Source: an uncultured delta proteobacterium (GTDB taxonomy: Bacteria; Desulfobacterota; Syntrophobacteria; BM002). From it: DNA of 64,000 nucleotides. Position numbers and translations under genes: made by a program. The notes beneath the pieces were generated by a model that saw only the letters and a list, made by a program, of their open reading frames with translations, did not search any database and had not been told where the DNA came from. This document shows positions 22,440 to 30,908 of the stretch, piece by piece. How positions within the stretch are numbered: the stretch's first letter is position 1; each line of letters begins with the position of its first letter. Location of the stretch: positions 64,001 to 128,000 of the forward strand of contig CAVQGX010000027.1 in NCBI GenBank assembly GCA_963712115.1, read 5' to 3'.

Positions 22440-22693
22440 AGAAAATCTGGTCCTCTGAGCCAGGTCAAGTTCTAGTGGCTTTGTCGGTAGACATGTCCAG
22501 CGGTTTTGGAGTACTGGAGTTTTGGAGTATTGGAGTGTTGGAAAAAGCTAAAAACCCCAAAGATGCAACTTTAGAGAATTTTTGCATTACTTCATTACTC
22601 CACCACTCCATTACTCCAGCATACCGCAGCATGAGGGAAAGCCCATGGCAACTGCCTCTGGGGGTGACTAGGTCCTTCGGGCCCGTATTCTTT
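22440..22693. repeat. MITE-like element with internal octamer palindrome (GGAGTATT/TTACTCCA)
   Basis: ggagtactggagttttggagtattggagtgttgg ... ttactccaccactccattactcca; flanks shared with the 39364 and 51561 copies. Confidence 0.75.
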
Positions 22694-22728
22694 CCTTTCA
22701 TAGAGCTCAGAAACCACGGAGTAGTGTT

Positions 22729-23427
22729 ATGAGAAACTGCATTGGTTTCAGTATTGTTTGTTTGACCTGTTTCCTGCTGGTTGCAGCAACAAAATCAGAC
22801 AGATATGTCAAGGACAATGTGTTTTATTCCTCCTCTCCAAAGCTGGAGGCTAAGGTTGATCCCAAGTTTAAGTATCTGGGAAGATTAGATTATACAATGG
22901 AACAACAATCCCCAGATCGCTTACAGTTGGTTGCTTATGAGACAAAATCCTATGTTTTCGTGGATGGTATTGAGAATAAGTTAAAAAGAGCCGTTTATGT
23001 ACAGTTACGTAGAGAGCAAAATAAGTATGTGGGCAATCTCCTTGGAGATGCAAGGGCAAATTTAAGGTCTGGAATATGCAGTCTAGGTGAAAAGGAATAT
23101 CAATGTTTCACTCGGGTGATTTTTCTTTCTGGGGATGAGCCTATAGCCAAGTTCATTTCCGAGCAAGGATATGTTCTTCCCACCTGTATATTAGCCAGAA
23201 CTTATGCGAGAGCTGACTCAGAGGAAAACACCTATCTCGTGGTTATAACTTATTTTGAGAACTTCTCTGATTCTGGCCTTAGCTGCGAAAGTTGGCAGAG
23301 CGAAGAACAACCGACAGAGGAGCATAAGCAATATCTTGAGGGATTCGATCGCAATTGTAAAGCTTCCTTCACCATCATCAAAAAAGGTTCTGAGAAGCCG
23401 GGAATCAGAAGGCTCCTCGGAAGGTGA
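22729..23427 (+). CDS. Hypothetical exported protein
   Basis: 232-aa ORF, hydrophobic N-terminus, GGAG RBS. Confidence 0.7.
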   Translation: MRNCIGFSIVCLTCFLLVAATKSDRYVKDNVFYSSSPKLEAKVDPKFKYLGRLDYTMEQQSPDRLQLVAYETKSYVFVDGIENKLKRAVYVQLRREQNKYVGNLLGDARANLRSGICSLGEKEYQCFTRVIFLSGDEPIAKFISEQGYVLPTCILARTYARADSEENTYLVVITYFENFSDSGLSCESWQSEEQPTEEHKQYLEGFDRNCKASFTIIKKGSEKPGIRRLLGR

Positions 23428-23453
23428 AAATAGCATTGCAGTGGCAGCATAGA

Positions 23454-24452
23454 TTATCGGCTGCCGCCACCTTTTTTGAACTGGCGGATTACAAAGCGGC
23501 CTAAATCGCTAGGGTCATCTTTCCTGAGGTGCTTCTGAAGATCGGTCAGGGGAATCTCCGCCCGGGCTCTGGACCGGCGGCCACCAGCACTGCCGAGTCG
23601 ACCGAAGGCACTGTTTGCCCAATTCCCAGCATCCTTGCGGAAACCATCGTTACGGATGACCACCACCAGAGTTTTCCGGTAGACACCGGAGACTACAACC
23701 CAGGCAATCTCATGCAGCCTCATGAAAAAATCGGCAACCAGCACGAGATTGTCCGGAGACTCGACTTGACCAAGGTGGCTGAAGATTTTCCCCTTGATGA
23801 TCTCTTTGCTTTCGAGAGCACGGCGGAAATATTTGAGATCCTCCGTCCCCATGTCGGCCATCTCAATCTTTCGCAAAAGATTCATGTTGGAGTGAGGGAA
23901 AAGATAACGGAAAGCCTTGATATCCTCTTCTGTTACACCTGACTCAAAATTGCCGGTGTCAACCCTTATGGCAAAAAGAAGGGCAGTAGCCAGGCTTTTG
24001 GAGGGGCGTAATTTGGCTGCCCGGAGATACTCGCTCATGATGGTGGCCGTGGCGCCATATTGTGGACGAATGTCTACAAAAGAGGCCTGCAATTGTTGTG
24101 ATACAGGATGGTGGTCGATGACCACATCATATTTGAGCGCAGCAAATGACTCGCTGTGATTGGGCTGACCGTCCACCAGGACAGTCTTGGTGAAGTCAGA
24201 AACTCGTAGACTTTGGGGTTTTACTAGGGGCATTTTCAAAAGTCTAATCATTGTAAGGTTGTCGAAACGCTTGATTTCGTTGAAATGGGTAATAGTCACC
24301 GCCTTGACCTTACGCCAGAGAAGACGCTTGAGAGCCATGGCCGAGGCCAAGGAGTCAGGGTCAGCACATATGGTTATCAGAACCTTGTCTTTGGAGTTGA
24401 AAACCTTTAAGAGTTCTCGCAGACGATCCTGCCGGGATCTGGTGGGAGACAT
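23454..24452 (-). CDS. DHH family phosphoesterase
   Basis: DPDSLAS, VDGQ, IDHH and DTG motifs; DHHA1 GGGH motif appears as AGGRR. Confidence 0.88.
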   Translation of the reverse strand: MSPTRSRQDRLRELLKVFNSKDKVLITICADPDSLASAMALKRLLWRKVKAVTITHFNEIKRFDNLTMIRLLKMPLVKPQSLRVSDFTKTVLVDGQPNHSESFAALKYDVVIDHHPVSQQLQASFVDIRPQYGATATIMSEYLRAAKLRPSKSLATALLFAIRVDTGNFESGVTEEDIKAFRYLFPHSNMNLLRKIEMADMGTEDLKYFRRALESKEIIKGKIFSHLGQVESPDNLVLVADFFMRLHEIAWVVVSGVYRKTLVVVIRNDGFRKDAGNWANSAFGRLGSAGGRRSRARAEIPLTDLQKHLRKDDPSDLGRFVIRQFKKGGGSR

Positions 24453-24486
24453 TATCTTACCTCGCTAACCACAATAAAGGATAGCA

Positions 24487-24700
24487 GCTGTTGCACAAGT
24501 GGTCAAATTCCCCCTGATCACCATCAAGGCATCATCTGCCGTTCGACAGGCTCACGGCCCTGAGCAAAGTCGAAGGGCGGCGTTGCCTTCGATCGCTCCT
24601 CCCCCCGCCTGCGCGGGGGCATGCTTGCGGCGTATTGCCCCATACGCCTCAGTCGTCGCTCCTCGGCGCCTTGCATCTAATACCTTGGGCAGTTTCCCCA
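24487..24700. repeat. GC-rich REP-like nested hairpin element
   Basis: ttcgacaggctcacggccctgagcaaagtcgaa, cccccgcctgcgcggggg and ggcgtat...atacgcc hairpins; abuts the next MITE. Confidence 0.55.
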
Positions 24701-24716
24701 GAAATATTGTTGTGAT

Positions 24717-25042
24717 CAAGCCCGGATGTTTCATGAATCACCTGCTACGACCGCGGATTCGACCGTCCTTCCAGGTGTCCTCGGGTGTCGGCCCCTGCGA
24801 CGTACCATTCAGGTACGCCTCGGCTTCGATTTCGGATCTCGGATTTCGGATCTCGGATTTTTGACTACAATTGATGATATCGAACTTAACAGTGCAGATA
24901 CCGCCATTTGTTTCCTGCTTCTCACGAGCTTTTCAGCAAATTTTTAATCCGCATTCCGCAATCCGCATTCCGCAATCGTCGACCAGGTGGCACGGTCGTC
25001 TTCGCGGTCTCGCGACAGCAATTCATGAAAGATCCAGGCTAG
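24717..25042. mobile_element. MITE, CTAG-ended family, copy 1
   Basis: TIRs agcccggatgtttcatgaat / attcatgaaagatccaggctag; colinear with 49034-49316; internal TTTCGGA/TCCGCAA heptamer arms; no transposase ORF. Confidence 0.8.
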
Positions 25043-25163
25043 GCCACGGGGAAGCTACTCCACAACGCGAAATTGAATCCCGCTAAAGCAGGATTCGAAA
25101 TGTAAGGAAGATATCTCATCTTATTGTAGTTCGCTCGCAGTCCCCAGTCCCGCATGGCGGAAA

Positions 25164-26060
25164 TCAATAAACCTTCCTTGATCCGTGCCGATTTCCAAGG
25201 ACCTCCACAGTGTTGTTGACCACCACGAAAGCCCCCGGGTCGATGGCAAATATAACATCCTTTAGCTTGGGGAGTTCTGTGAGGGTGGTGATGGTAAAGA
25301 GCACATCTCTTTCTTTCCCGGTGTAAGCCCCCTTTCCCTTTAGGAAAGTAACGCCACGATTTACCTTGTTGAAAATTTCTTTGGCCATCTCACCTGTTTT
25401 TTCCGAGATAACCATGGTGGACAACCGCTGGTTGAATCCAGTGAGGACGGCATCAAGTACCCGGCTGCTGGTGAACACATAGATAAGGGTGTAGAGGGCT
25501 ATTTCCAGTCCAAAAAAATAAGCACCGACCATTAGCACCATAGAGTTAAAAACAAAACTAACCGATCCAGGACGGAAGCCGAATTTCTGGTTTGCATGTA
25601 TTGCCAGAATGTCAATGCCACCTGTTGAGCCGATGGAGCGCAGAATGATTCCAACTCCTGCTCCGCAGATGATGCCGGCAAATAGGGCGGCGAGGATAGG
25701 GTCCTCGATGGCGGCAGCGGGTGGCGTGATAAAAGCGGCGGCCAAGGAAAAAAAGCCCATTCCATAAAGGGTATAGAGGAGAAATCTGCGACTAATGGAG
25801 AAAAATCCCAGGAGCATCAGAGGTATGTTCAGTAAAAAATAGGCAAGCCCTACGTTCAGCTTGGGAAAAAGATAGTGAAATATGAGAGCAATACCTGTAA
25901 CTCCCGCACTCAGCAATTTACTGGGAATCAAAACGGAGTTCATCCCTATGACGAAAATTAGACTTCCGGCAGAGATAAGACAAAGGTTGTAAAGAACTGT
26001 TTTCCAGGACTTGGCGATTAAGTCGAGGTGAAGGTCCTTGGCCTGAAGTTTTATCTCCAT
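25164..26060 (-). CDS. YitT family membrane protein with C-terminal DUF2179 (PII-like) domain
   Basis: AGVTGIA, NIPL, GSTGGIDILA, RGVTFLKGKGAYTG, IDPGAFVVV. Start moved to ATG at 26060 after an AGGAG RBS. Confidence 0.88.
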   Translation of the reverse strand: MEIKLQAKDLHLDLIAKSWKTVLYNLCLISAGSLIFVIGMNSVLIPSKLLSAGVTGIALIFHYLFPKLNVGLAYFLLNIPLMLLGFFSISRRFLLYTLYGMGFFSLAAAFITPPAAAIEDPILAALFAGIICGAGVGIILRSIGSTGGIDILAIHANQKFGFRPGSVSFVFNSMVLMVGAYFFGLEIALYTLIYVFTSSRVLDAVLTGFNQRLSTMVISEKTGEMAKEIFNKVNRGVTFLKGKGAYTGKERDVLFTITTLTELPKLKDVIFAIDPGAFVVVNNTVEVLGNRHGSRKVY

Positions 26061-26173
26061 GGGAGTTCTCCTTGTGTCTGCAGATATTCGGGCTAGCTCC
26101 TGCCATTTGATCTTAGATTCTTTCCCCAGTTTCGGCAAACCATCTTTCAACAAACAAAAAGCTGGCACTCAAA

Positions 26174-26188
26174 GCAGAACTCATGCCA
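26174..26188 (-). promoter_or_regulatory. sigma54 -24/-12 promoter for yitT
   Basis: Minus strand TGGCAT-GAGTT-CTGC with correct GG/GC spacing. Confidence 0.65.
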
Positions 26189-26241
26189 AAAATATAATAT
26201 ATTGAATTCAATGGTAATTTGTCCACTGAATATATAAGTGC

Positions 26242-26486
26242 CAGAACTGTCAGTTCCGATAATCGAAAGAAGGAAGGGTGGGCAATTTAGATGAAGACAG
26301 GGATAATCATCTAAATATCTGAAATGAAATGAAAATAAAAAAAAGAGAATTTCGAGTTCTCATATTTATTTTAACGGAACCCCAAATTCCTCTTTCTAGA
26401 TTATTGTTTGATTACAAATGTTTATGCCCCTCGAGATGTTCTCCTTTGGCTACGATCAGGCCAAATAATCGGAAGCTATGGTTCTG
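26242..26486. promoter_or_regulatory. Cluster of four GAA-N7-TTC palindromic operator/UAS sites shared by divergent yitT and DUF2914 promoters
   Basis: CAGAA-N7-TTCCG 26242, GAGAA-N7-TTCTC 26345, CGGAA-N7-TTCCT 26375, CGGAA-N7-TTCTG 26470. Confidence 0.7.
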
Positions 26487-26538
26487 ATTGCATTCTTTCC
26501 TTTAAATTTTATTAAGTAATATTAAACATTTAATTAGT

Positions 26539-26554
26539 TGGTACGTGGATTGCT
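26539..26554 (+). promoter_or_regulatory. sigma54 -24/-12 promoter for the DUF2914 gene
   Basis: TGGTAC-GTGGA-TTGCT preceded by an AT-rich tract. Confidence 0.75.
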
Positions 26555-26631
26555 GTTGCAAGATCTAATTGGAACAATCCAGGCCGTGGGATGAATACGG
26601 CTACAACCTTAACTAAGAAAGGGAAAGTCAG

Positions 26632-27102
26632 ATGAAAAAGCAAGTTTTAGTTTTTGCCATGGTAGCCGCTGTGCTTATGCTCCTGAGTGGGCAGGTCGCG
26701 GCGCAGACTCAGGCGTCCGCCCCAGCCCAGGAGACTACCCAAGCCCAGGAGGCTACGACAGTTCAGGAACCCTCTAATCTGCAAGTGGAAGTCGCTACTG
26801 TTTCCAAAGATGTAATCGATCGGGCTCCAGTGGAAGCGGGGAGCAGTTTTCCTGCCTCAGTAGGTAAGCTTTTCTGCTTCACCAAAATCACCGGCGCTTT
26901 GAACCCCACTCACGTTACCCACGTGTGGTTTTTTGACGGTACCGAGCGAGCCAGGGTAGAACTTGAGGTCAATTCTGCCAGTTGGCGCACCTACAGCTCA
27001 AAAAATATCGAGAATCACGAGGCGGGCGCCTGGCGTGTCGAGGTAGTTGATTCCGCGGGTAATGTGTTGCAGACCTTGAATTTCGAAGTAACACCCTCAT
27101 AA
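26632..27102 (+). CDS. Exported DUF2914 domain protein
   Basis: Signal peptide, Q/T/A-rich linker, LFCFTKI...HVW...WRTYSSK...GAWRVEV. Confidence 0.8.
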   Translation: MKKQVLVFAMVAAVLMLLSGQVAAQTQASAPAQETTQAQEATTVQEPSNLQVEVATVSKDVIDRAPVEAGSSFPASVGKLFCFTKITGALNPTHVTHVWFFDGTERARVELEVNSASWRTYSSKNIENHEAGAWRVEVVDSAGNVLQTLNFEVTPS

Positions 27103-27196
27103 GCACTGGCCTGCAAAACGTAAAAGAGCTAAGGAGCCGCTCAGGCTAATAAAATAACCGCAGCGTTGAGTCCCTTGGCGAATAATTAGAGGAAAG

Positions 27197-27346
27197 CAGA
27201 ACAAACAATTCCTATGGTCTTAGAATCGGATGCGTGAGTTCTGCTTTCCAAAATTATGTGATAATTTAATTAGTTATTCGGCCTAAAATTTCTTCTTTTG
27301 CACCGGATTCCACTTTTTCTCGCCAAAATCGGAACTTATAGTTCTG
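27197..27346. promoter_or_regulatory. Three GAA-N7-TTC operator/UAS sites upstream of the kamA operon
   Basis: CAGAA-N7-TTCCT 27197, CGGAT-N7-TTCTG 27227, CGGAA-N7-TTCTG 27330. Confidence 0.7.
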
Positions 27347-27399
27347 GCACGTCTGCACTGATCAAAAACAAACATAAAAATATTAATAGGTTATGCAAA

Positions 27400-27414
27400 T
27401 GGCACGTTGTTTGC
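27400..27414 (+). promoter_or_regulatory. sigma54 -24/-12 promoter for the kamA operon
   Basis: TGGCAC-GTTGT-TTGC, consensus match. Confidence 0.85.
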
Positions 27415-27530
27415 CATGGTTGAAAGTCGGCCCCACTAATAGTTTGTGGGTTGAATGGAGCGTTATTTCCTAAAATCCGGCACGATTGATTTTCATTGTG
27501 GCCGTGCCCAGTAAAAGGAGGCGAGGAGAG

Positions 27531-28868
27531 ATGAAAACGGTAATTCCTTGTCCAGAAGAAATTGAACCTTTGGGTTGCCTGCCCAGGTCTGGGCAGGTGG
27601 AGGAGAATTCCTCAAAGGACCAAATATTTGTTGAGTACAGGAAATCCAGGTCCGGCAAGAAGACCTATGGTATTTCAAGATTTCCTGCAAGTTTACGTTC
27701 TTCAACTTTCCGCAGACGTTTCTTTTCTGAAGCGACCAGCGCTGAGTGGAACCATTGGCGCTGGCAGCTGGCTAACCGAATCAGCAATCTTTCCCAACTG
27801 GAGCGCATCATTCGGCTCAGCGACGATGAGCGCCATGGTATTGGCCGCAATGGTAATTCACTTCCTCTGGCCATAACCCCTTACTATGCGAGCCTCCTGG
27901 ACGAAGAAAATCCGTTGCAACCCCTGCGGCGTACCGTGGTGCCGGTAAAAGGGGAGCACCTGCACTCCCAGGGCGAAGCGGAAGATCCCCTGGAAGAAGA
28001 TCATGATAGCCCTGTGCCAGGGATAGTCCACCGCTATCCTGACAGGGTCCTTTTTCTGGTTACGGACTTCTGTTCCACTTACTGCCGTTATTGCACTCGT
28101 TCTCGCATGGTTGGTCACAATAGAGCCTTTAGGCCGGAGCATTGGCAACAGGGCATCGACTACATCAAAGCTACGCCGGCAGTCAGGGATGTGCTGCTAT
28201 CCGGTGGCGACCCGTTGACCCTGCCGGACGAGAAACTTGAATGGCTCCTGTCCCGGCTAAGGAGGATTCCCCATGTGGAACTGTTGCGCATTGGCAGCAA
28301 AGTGCCTGTGGTTTTGCCACAGCGGATTACAGCATCCCTCACCAGGATGCTAAAGCGCTACCACCCACTCTGGATGAGTATTCATTTCACCCACCCAGAT
28401 GAACTTACTCCTGAGTCAAGTCAGGCCTGCGAACGACTGGCGGATGCCGGCATTCCTTTGGGCAGTCAGACTGTGTTGCTGGCCGGAATCAATGATGATG
28501 TGGAAACCATGAAACGATTAGTTCACGGGCTACTGAAGATTCGGGTGAAGCCCTACTACCTCTATCAGTGCGATCCTATTTTGGGATCGGCTCATTTCCG
28601 CACACCTGTTGGCAAGGGCCTTGAGATCATTCAGGGTTTGCGAGGTCACACTAGCGGTTATGCGGTGCCCACTTATGCCATCGACGCCCCGGGAGGCGGT
28701 GGCAAGATTCCCTTGCTTCCCGATTACCTTGTCGGCCGTGAGGGTGATTACCTTGTTCTAAAAAATTATGAGGGCCGGACATTTTACTATCCTGACCCCC
28801 CTCCACCCCAAAGCCACTCCGCCGGCACTCCTTTGAGGCCAGAAGCTGGGGAGAGGAGAAGTTGCTGA
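27531..28868 (+). CDS. kamA: KamA-family radical SAM/PLP aminomutase (lysine 2,3-aminomutase-like)
   Basis: CSTYCRYC, HRYPDR, SGGDPL, YLYQCD, DAPGGGGK (PLP lysine). Start moved to ATG at 27531 after AGGAG. Confidence 0.9.
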   Translation: MKTVIPCPEEIEPLGCLPRSGQVEENSSKDQIFVEYRKSRSGKKTYGISRFPASLRSSTFRRRFFSEATSAEWNHWRWQLANRISNLSQLERIIRLSDDERHGIGRNGNSLPLAITPYYASLLDEENPLQPLRRTVVPVKGEHLHSQGEAEDPLEEDHDSPVPGIVHRYPDRVLFLVTDFCSTYCRYCTRSRMVGHNRAFRPEHWQQGIDYIKATPAVRDVLLSGGDPLTLPDEKLEWLLSRLRRIPHVELLRIGSKVPVVLPQRITASLTRMLKRYHPLWMSIHFTHPDELTPESSQACERLADAGIPLGSQTVLLAGINDDVETMKRLVHGLLKIRVKPYYLYQCDPILGSAHFRTPVGKGLEIIQGLRGHTSGYAVPTYAIDAPGGGGKIPLLPDYLVGREGDYLVLKNYEGRTFYYPDPPPPQSHSAGTPLRPEAGERRSC

Positions 28869-29932
28869 TGAAAATAGGCATTACCTATGACCTCCGAAAA
28901 GATTACCTGGTAGCGGGCTTCGGTGAGGAAGAGACCGCCGAGTTTGACTCGGAGGAAACCATTGCTGCCATTGACCGGGCTTTGCAAGATCTAGGGTACC
29001 GCACAGATCGCATAGGGAACATCAAGAGTCTCACCCGACGACTTGTTGCCGGGGATAGTTGGGATCTGGTTTTCAATATTGCCGAAGGTCTAAGGGGATT
29101 CGGCCGTGAAGCGCAAGTCCCGGCCCTGCTCGAAGCCCACGAAATACCGTATACATTTTCCGATCCCCTGGTACTGTCCCTCACTCTGCACAAAGGGATG
29201 GCCAAGCGCGTTGTCCGAGATTTAACCGTTCCCACGCCTGATTTCTTCCTGGTGGAGAACGAATCTGACCTACAGTTTATCGATCTTCCTTTTCCACTCT
29301 TTGCAAAACCAGTAGCCGAAGGTACCGGCAAGGGAGTCGATTCCGCCTCGAAAATTACCAATCGGAGAGATCTGCTATCCGTGTGCAGTCTCCTGCTGTC
29401 AAGGTACAAACAGCCTGTACTGGTTGAGACCTTTTTGCCAGGACGGGAAGTTACTGTGGGTATCCTGGGAACGGGAAAAGATGCAGCGGTCATTGGTGCT
29501 ATGGAAGTTGTTCTCCTAGAGAATGCTGAATCTGAAGTCTACTCGTACCGGAACAAGGAGAAGTGTGAGGAATTGGTGGAGTATCGTCCGGTCGATGGTG
29601 CTTTGCTAACAGAGGCGAGCAAGGTGGCCCTGCTTGCCTGGAGAGGCCTCGGCTGCCGGGATGCGGGCCGCCTCGATCTGCGTCAAGCTAAGGACGGCAC
29701 TCTCATGTTCATGGAGGTCAATCCCCTGGCCGGACTCCATCCCACCCATTCGGACCTATGCATCATCGCATCTCAGGTGGGAATTTCTTACAACGACTTG
29801 ATCCAGGCGATTGTTTCTTCGGCTTCGGCTCGCCACGGATTGAGGAGGAGAAGCTTTGAGGAGAAAAAAGGTCGGTATAGTTCACAACCAACCAGCCTCC
29901 CAAGGGCACGAAAATTGGGAAGCATCCATTGA
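28868..29932 (+). CDS. D-Ala-D-Ala-ligase-like ATP-grasp enzyme 1
   Basis: FNIAEG, GREAQVPALLE, KPVAEGTGKG, ETFLPGRE, GRLDLR, EVNPLAG; TGATG coupling to kamA. Confidence 0.85.
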   Translation: MKIGITYDLRKDYLVAGFGEEETAEFDSEETIAAIDRALQDLGYRTDRIGNIKSLTRRLVAGDSWDLVFNIAEGLRGFGREAQVPALLEAHEIPYTFSDPLVLSLTLHKGMAKRVVRDLTVPTPDFFLVENESDLQFIDLPFPLFAKPVAEGTGKGVDSASKITNRRDLLSVCSLLLSRYKQPVLVETFLPGREVTVGILGTGKDAAVIGAMEVVLLENAESEVYSYRNKEKCEELVEYRPVDGALLTEASKVALLAWRGLGCRDAGRLDLRQAKDGTLMFMEVNPLAGLHPTHSDLCIIASQVGISYNDLIQAIVSSASARHGLRRRSFEEKKGRYSSQPTSLPRARKLGSIH

Positions 29933-30869
29933 CGTTATTGCCCAGGTGGAAGCCATTGAGAAGGCGCTCGAGGCTTTGGACCACTCGTCGGTGAGGATTC
30001 CCTTTACCCGTGATCTCCATGGCTTCACTCAGAGATTCAAGGAGCAAGTGGTGGACATCGTCTTCAATCTCTGTGAAACTGTTGATGAAGATCCCCACCT
30101 CGTCTGGCATGCAGCAGCCGTCTTTGAGCTCCTGAACGTGCCCTTCACCGGTTCTAATTCCGCAGCCCTGGTGCTTACCACCGACAAGCTTATTGGCAAA
30201 CGACTGCTGAAGGGCAGGCAAATCAGGACGCCCAATTATATAGCCTACAATGGCTCGCGGGAATTCAATACTGCCCTACTCAAATTTCCGGTGATCGTCA
30301 AACCGAGGTTTGAGGACGCAAGTATTGGTATTGATCAGGACTCGATCTTCGAAAATGACCAGGAACTTCGAGAAGGACTGAAACAGTTTTTGGACCGATT
30401 CGGCCCGCTATTGATAGAAGAATACATTCCGGGCAGGGAATTCAACCTAACTCTTTTGGGGTATCCGACGGCAAGTGTACTCCCCATAGGGGAGATCGAT
30501 TTTTCCGCTTTTCCCGAAGATCTTTACCCCATTGTCGGTTACCGGGCCAAATGGGATAAGGCTTCTTTCGAATACCACCATAGTCCCAGAAGGTTTCCAC
30601 AAGATCTAGCCCGGTCGTTGTCAAAAAAAATGGAGAGGGTGGCCCTCGAGTGTTTCCACCTCTTTATGGTGAGAGATTACGGACGAGTTGATCTGAGGGT
30701 TGATGACCAGGGCAAGATATATGTTCTCGAGGTGAACGGGAATCCTTGTCTGAGCCCTGATGCCGGCTTTGCCGCCTCGGCCCGAGAGTCGGGACTGGAC
30801 TATGGGGATATGATAGGCATGATCGTTGATTTTGCCATTCAAAGGGAAGAGGGCAGCACCACCCAGTGA
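29856..30869 (+). CDS. D-Ala-D-Ala-ligase-like ATP-grasp enzyme 2
   Basis: FNLCE, PFTGS, KPRFEDASIGI, EEYIPGRE, YGRVDLR, EVNGNPCL; overlaps the preceding gene. Confidence 0.85.
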   Translation: MRRKKVGIVHNQPASQGHENWEASIDVIAQVEAIEKALEALDHSSVRIPFTRDLHGFTQRFKEQVVDIVFNLCETVDEDPHLVWHAAAVFELLNVPFTGSNSAALVLTTDKLIGKRLLKGRQIRTPNYIAYNGSREFNTALLKFPVIVKPRFEDASIGIDQDSIFENDQELREGLKQFLDRFGPLLIEEYIPGREFNLTLLGYPTASVLPIGEIDFSAFPEDLYPIVGYRAKWDKASFEYHHSPRRFPQDLARSLSKKMERVALECFHLFMVRDYGRVDLRVDDQGKIYVLEVNGNPCLSPDAGFAASARESGLDYGDMIGMIVDFAIQREEGSTTQ

Positions 30870-30908
30870 TGGTAAAGCCTGCGGCCTGTTAACGGGCGAA
30901 AGGGAAAA

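Noticed and set aside
22465-25086. Short ORFs 22465-22732 and 24499-25086 (also 49050-49321, 11918-12190, 51484-51708)
   Set aside because: They are translations of MITE/palindrome sequence, not plausible proteins.
27531-28868. EpmB (EF-P beta-lysylation) or glutamate 2,3-aminomutase
   Set aside because: No efp/epmA nearby and longer than typical EpmB; it retains the two Asp residues associated with lysine rather than glutamate binding.
28868-30869. Housekeeping ddl or van-type resistance ligases
   Set aside because: No dcw or van context, divergent C-terminal motifs, and translational coupling to kamA.
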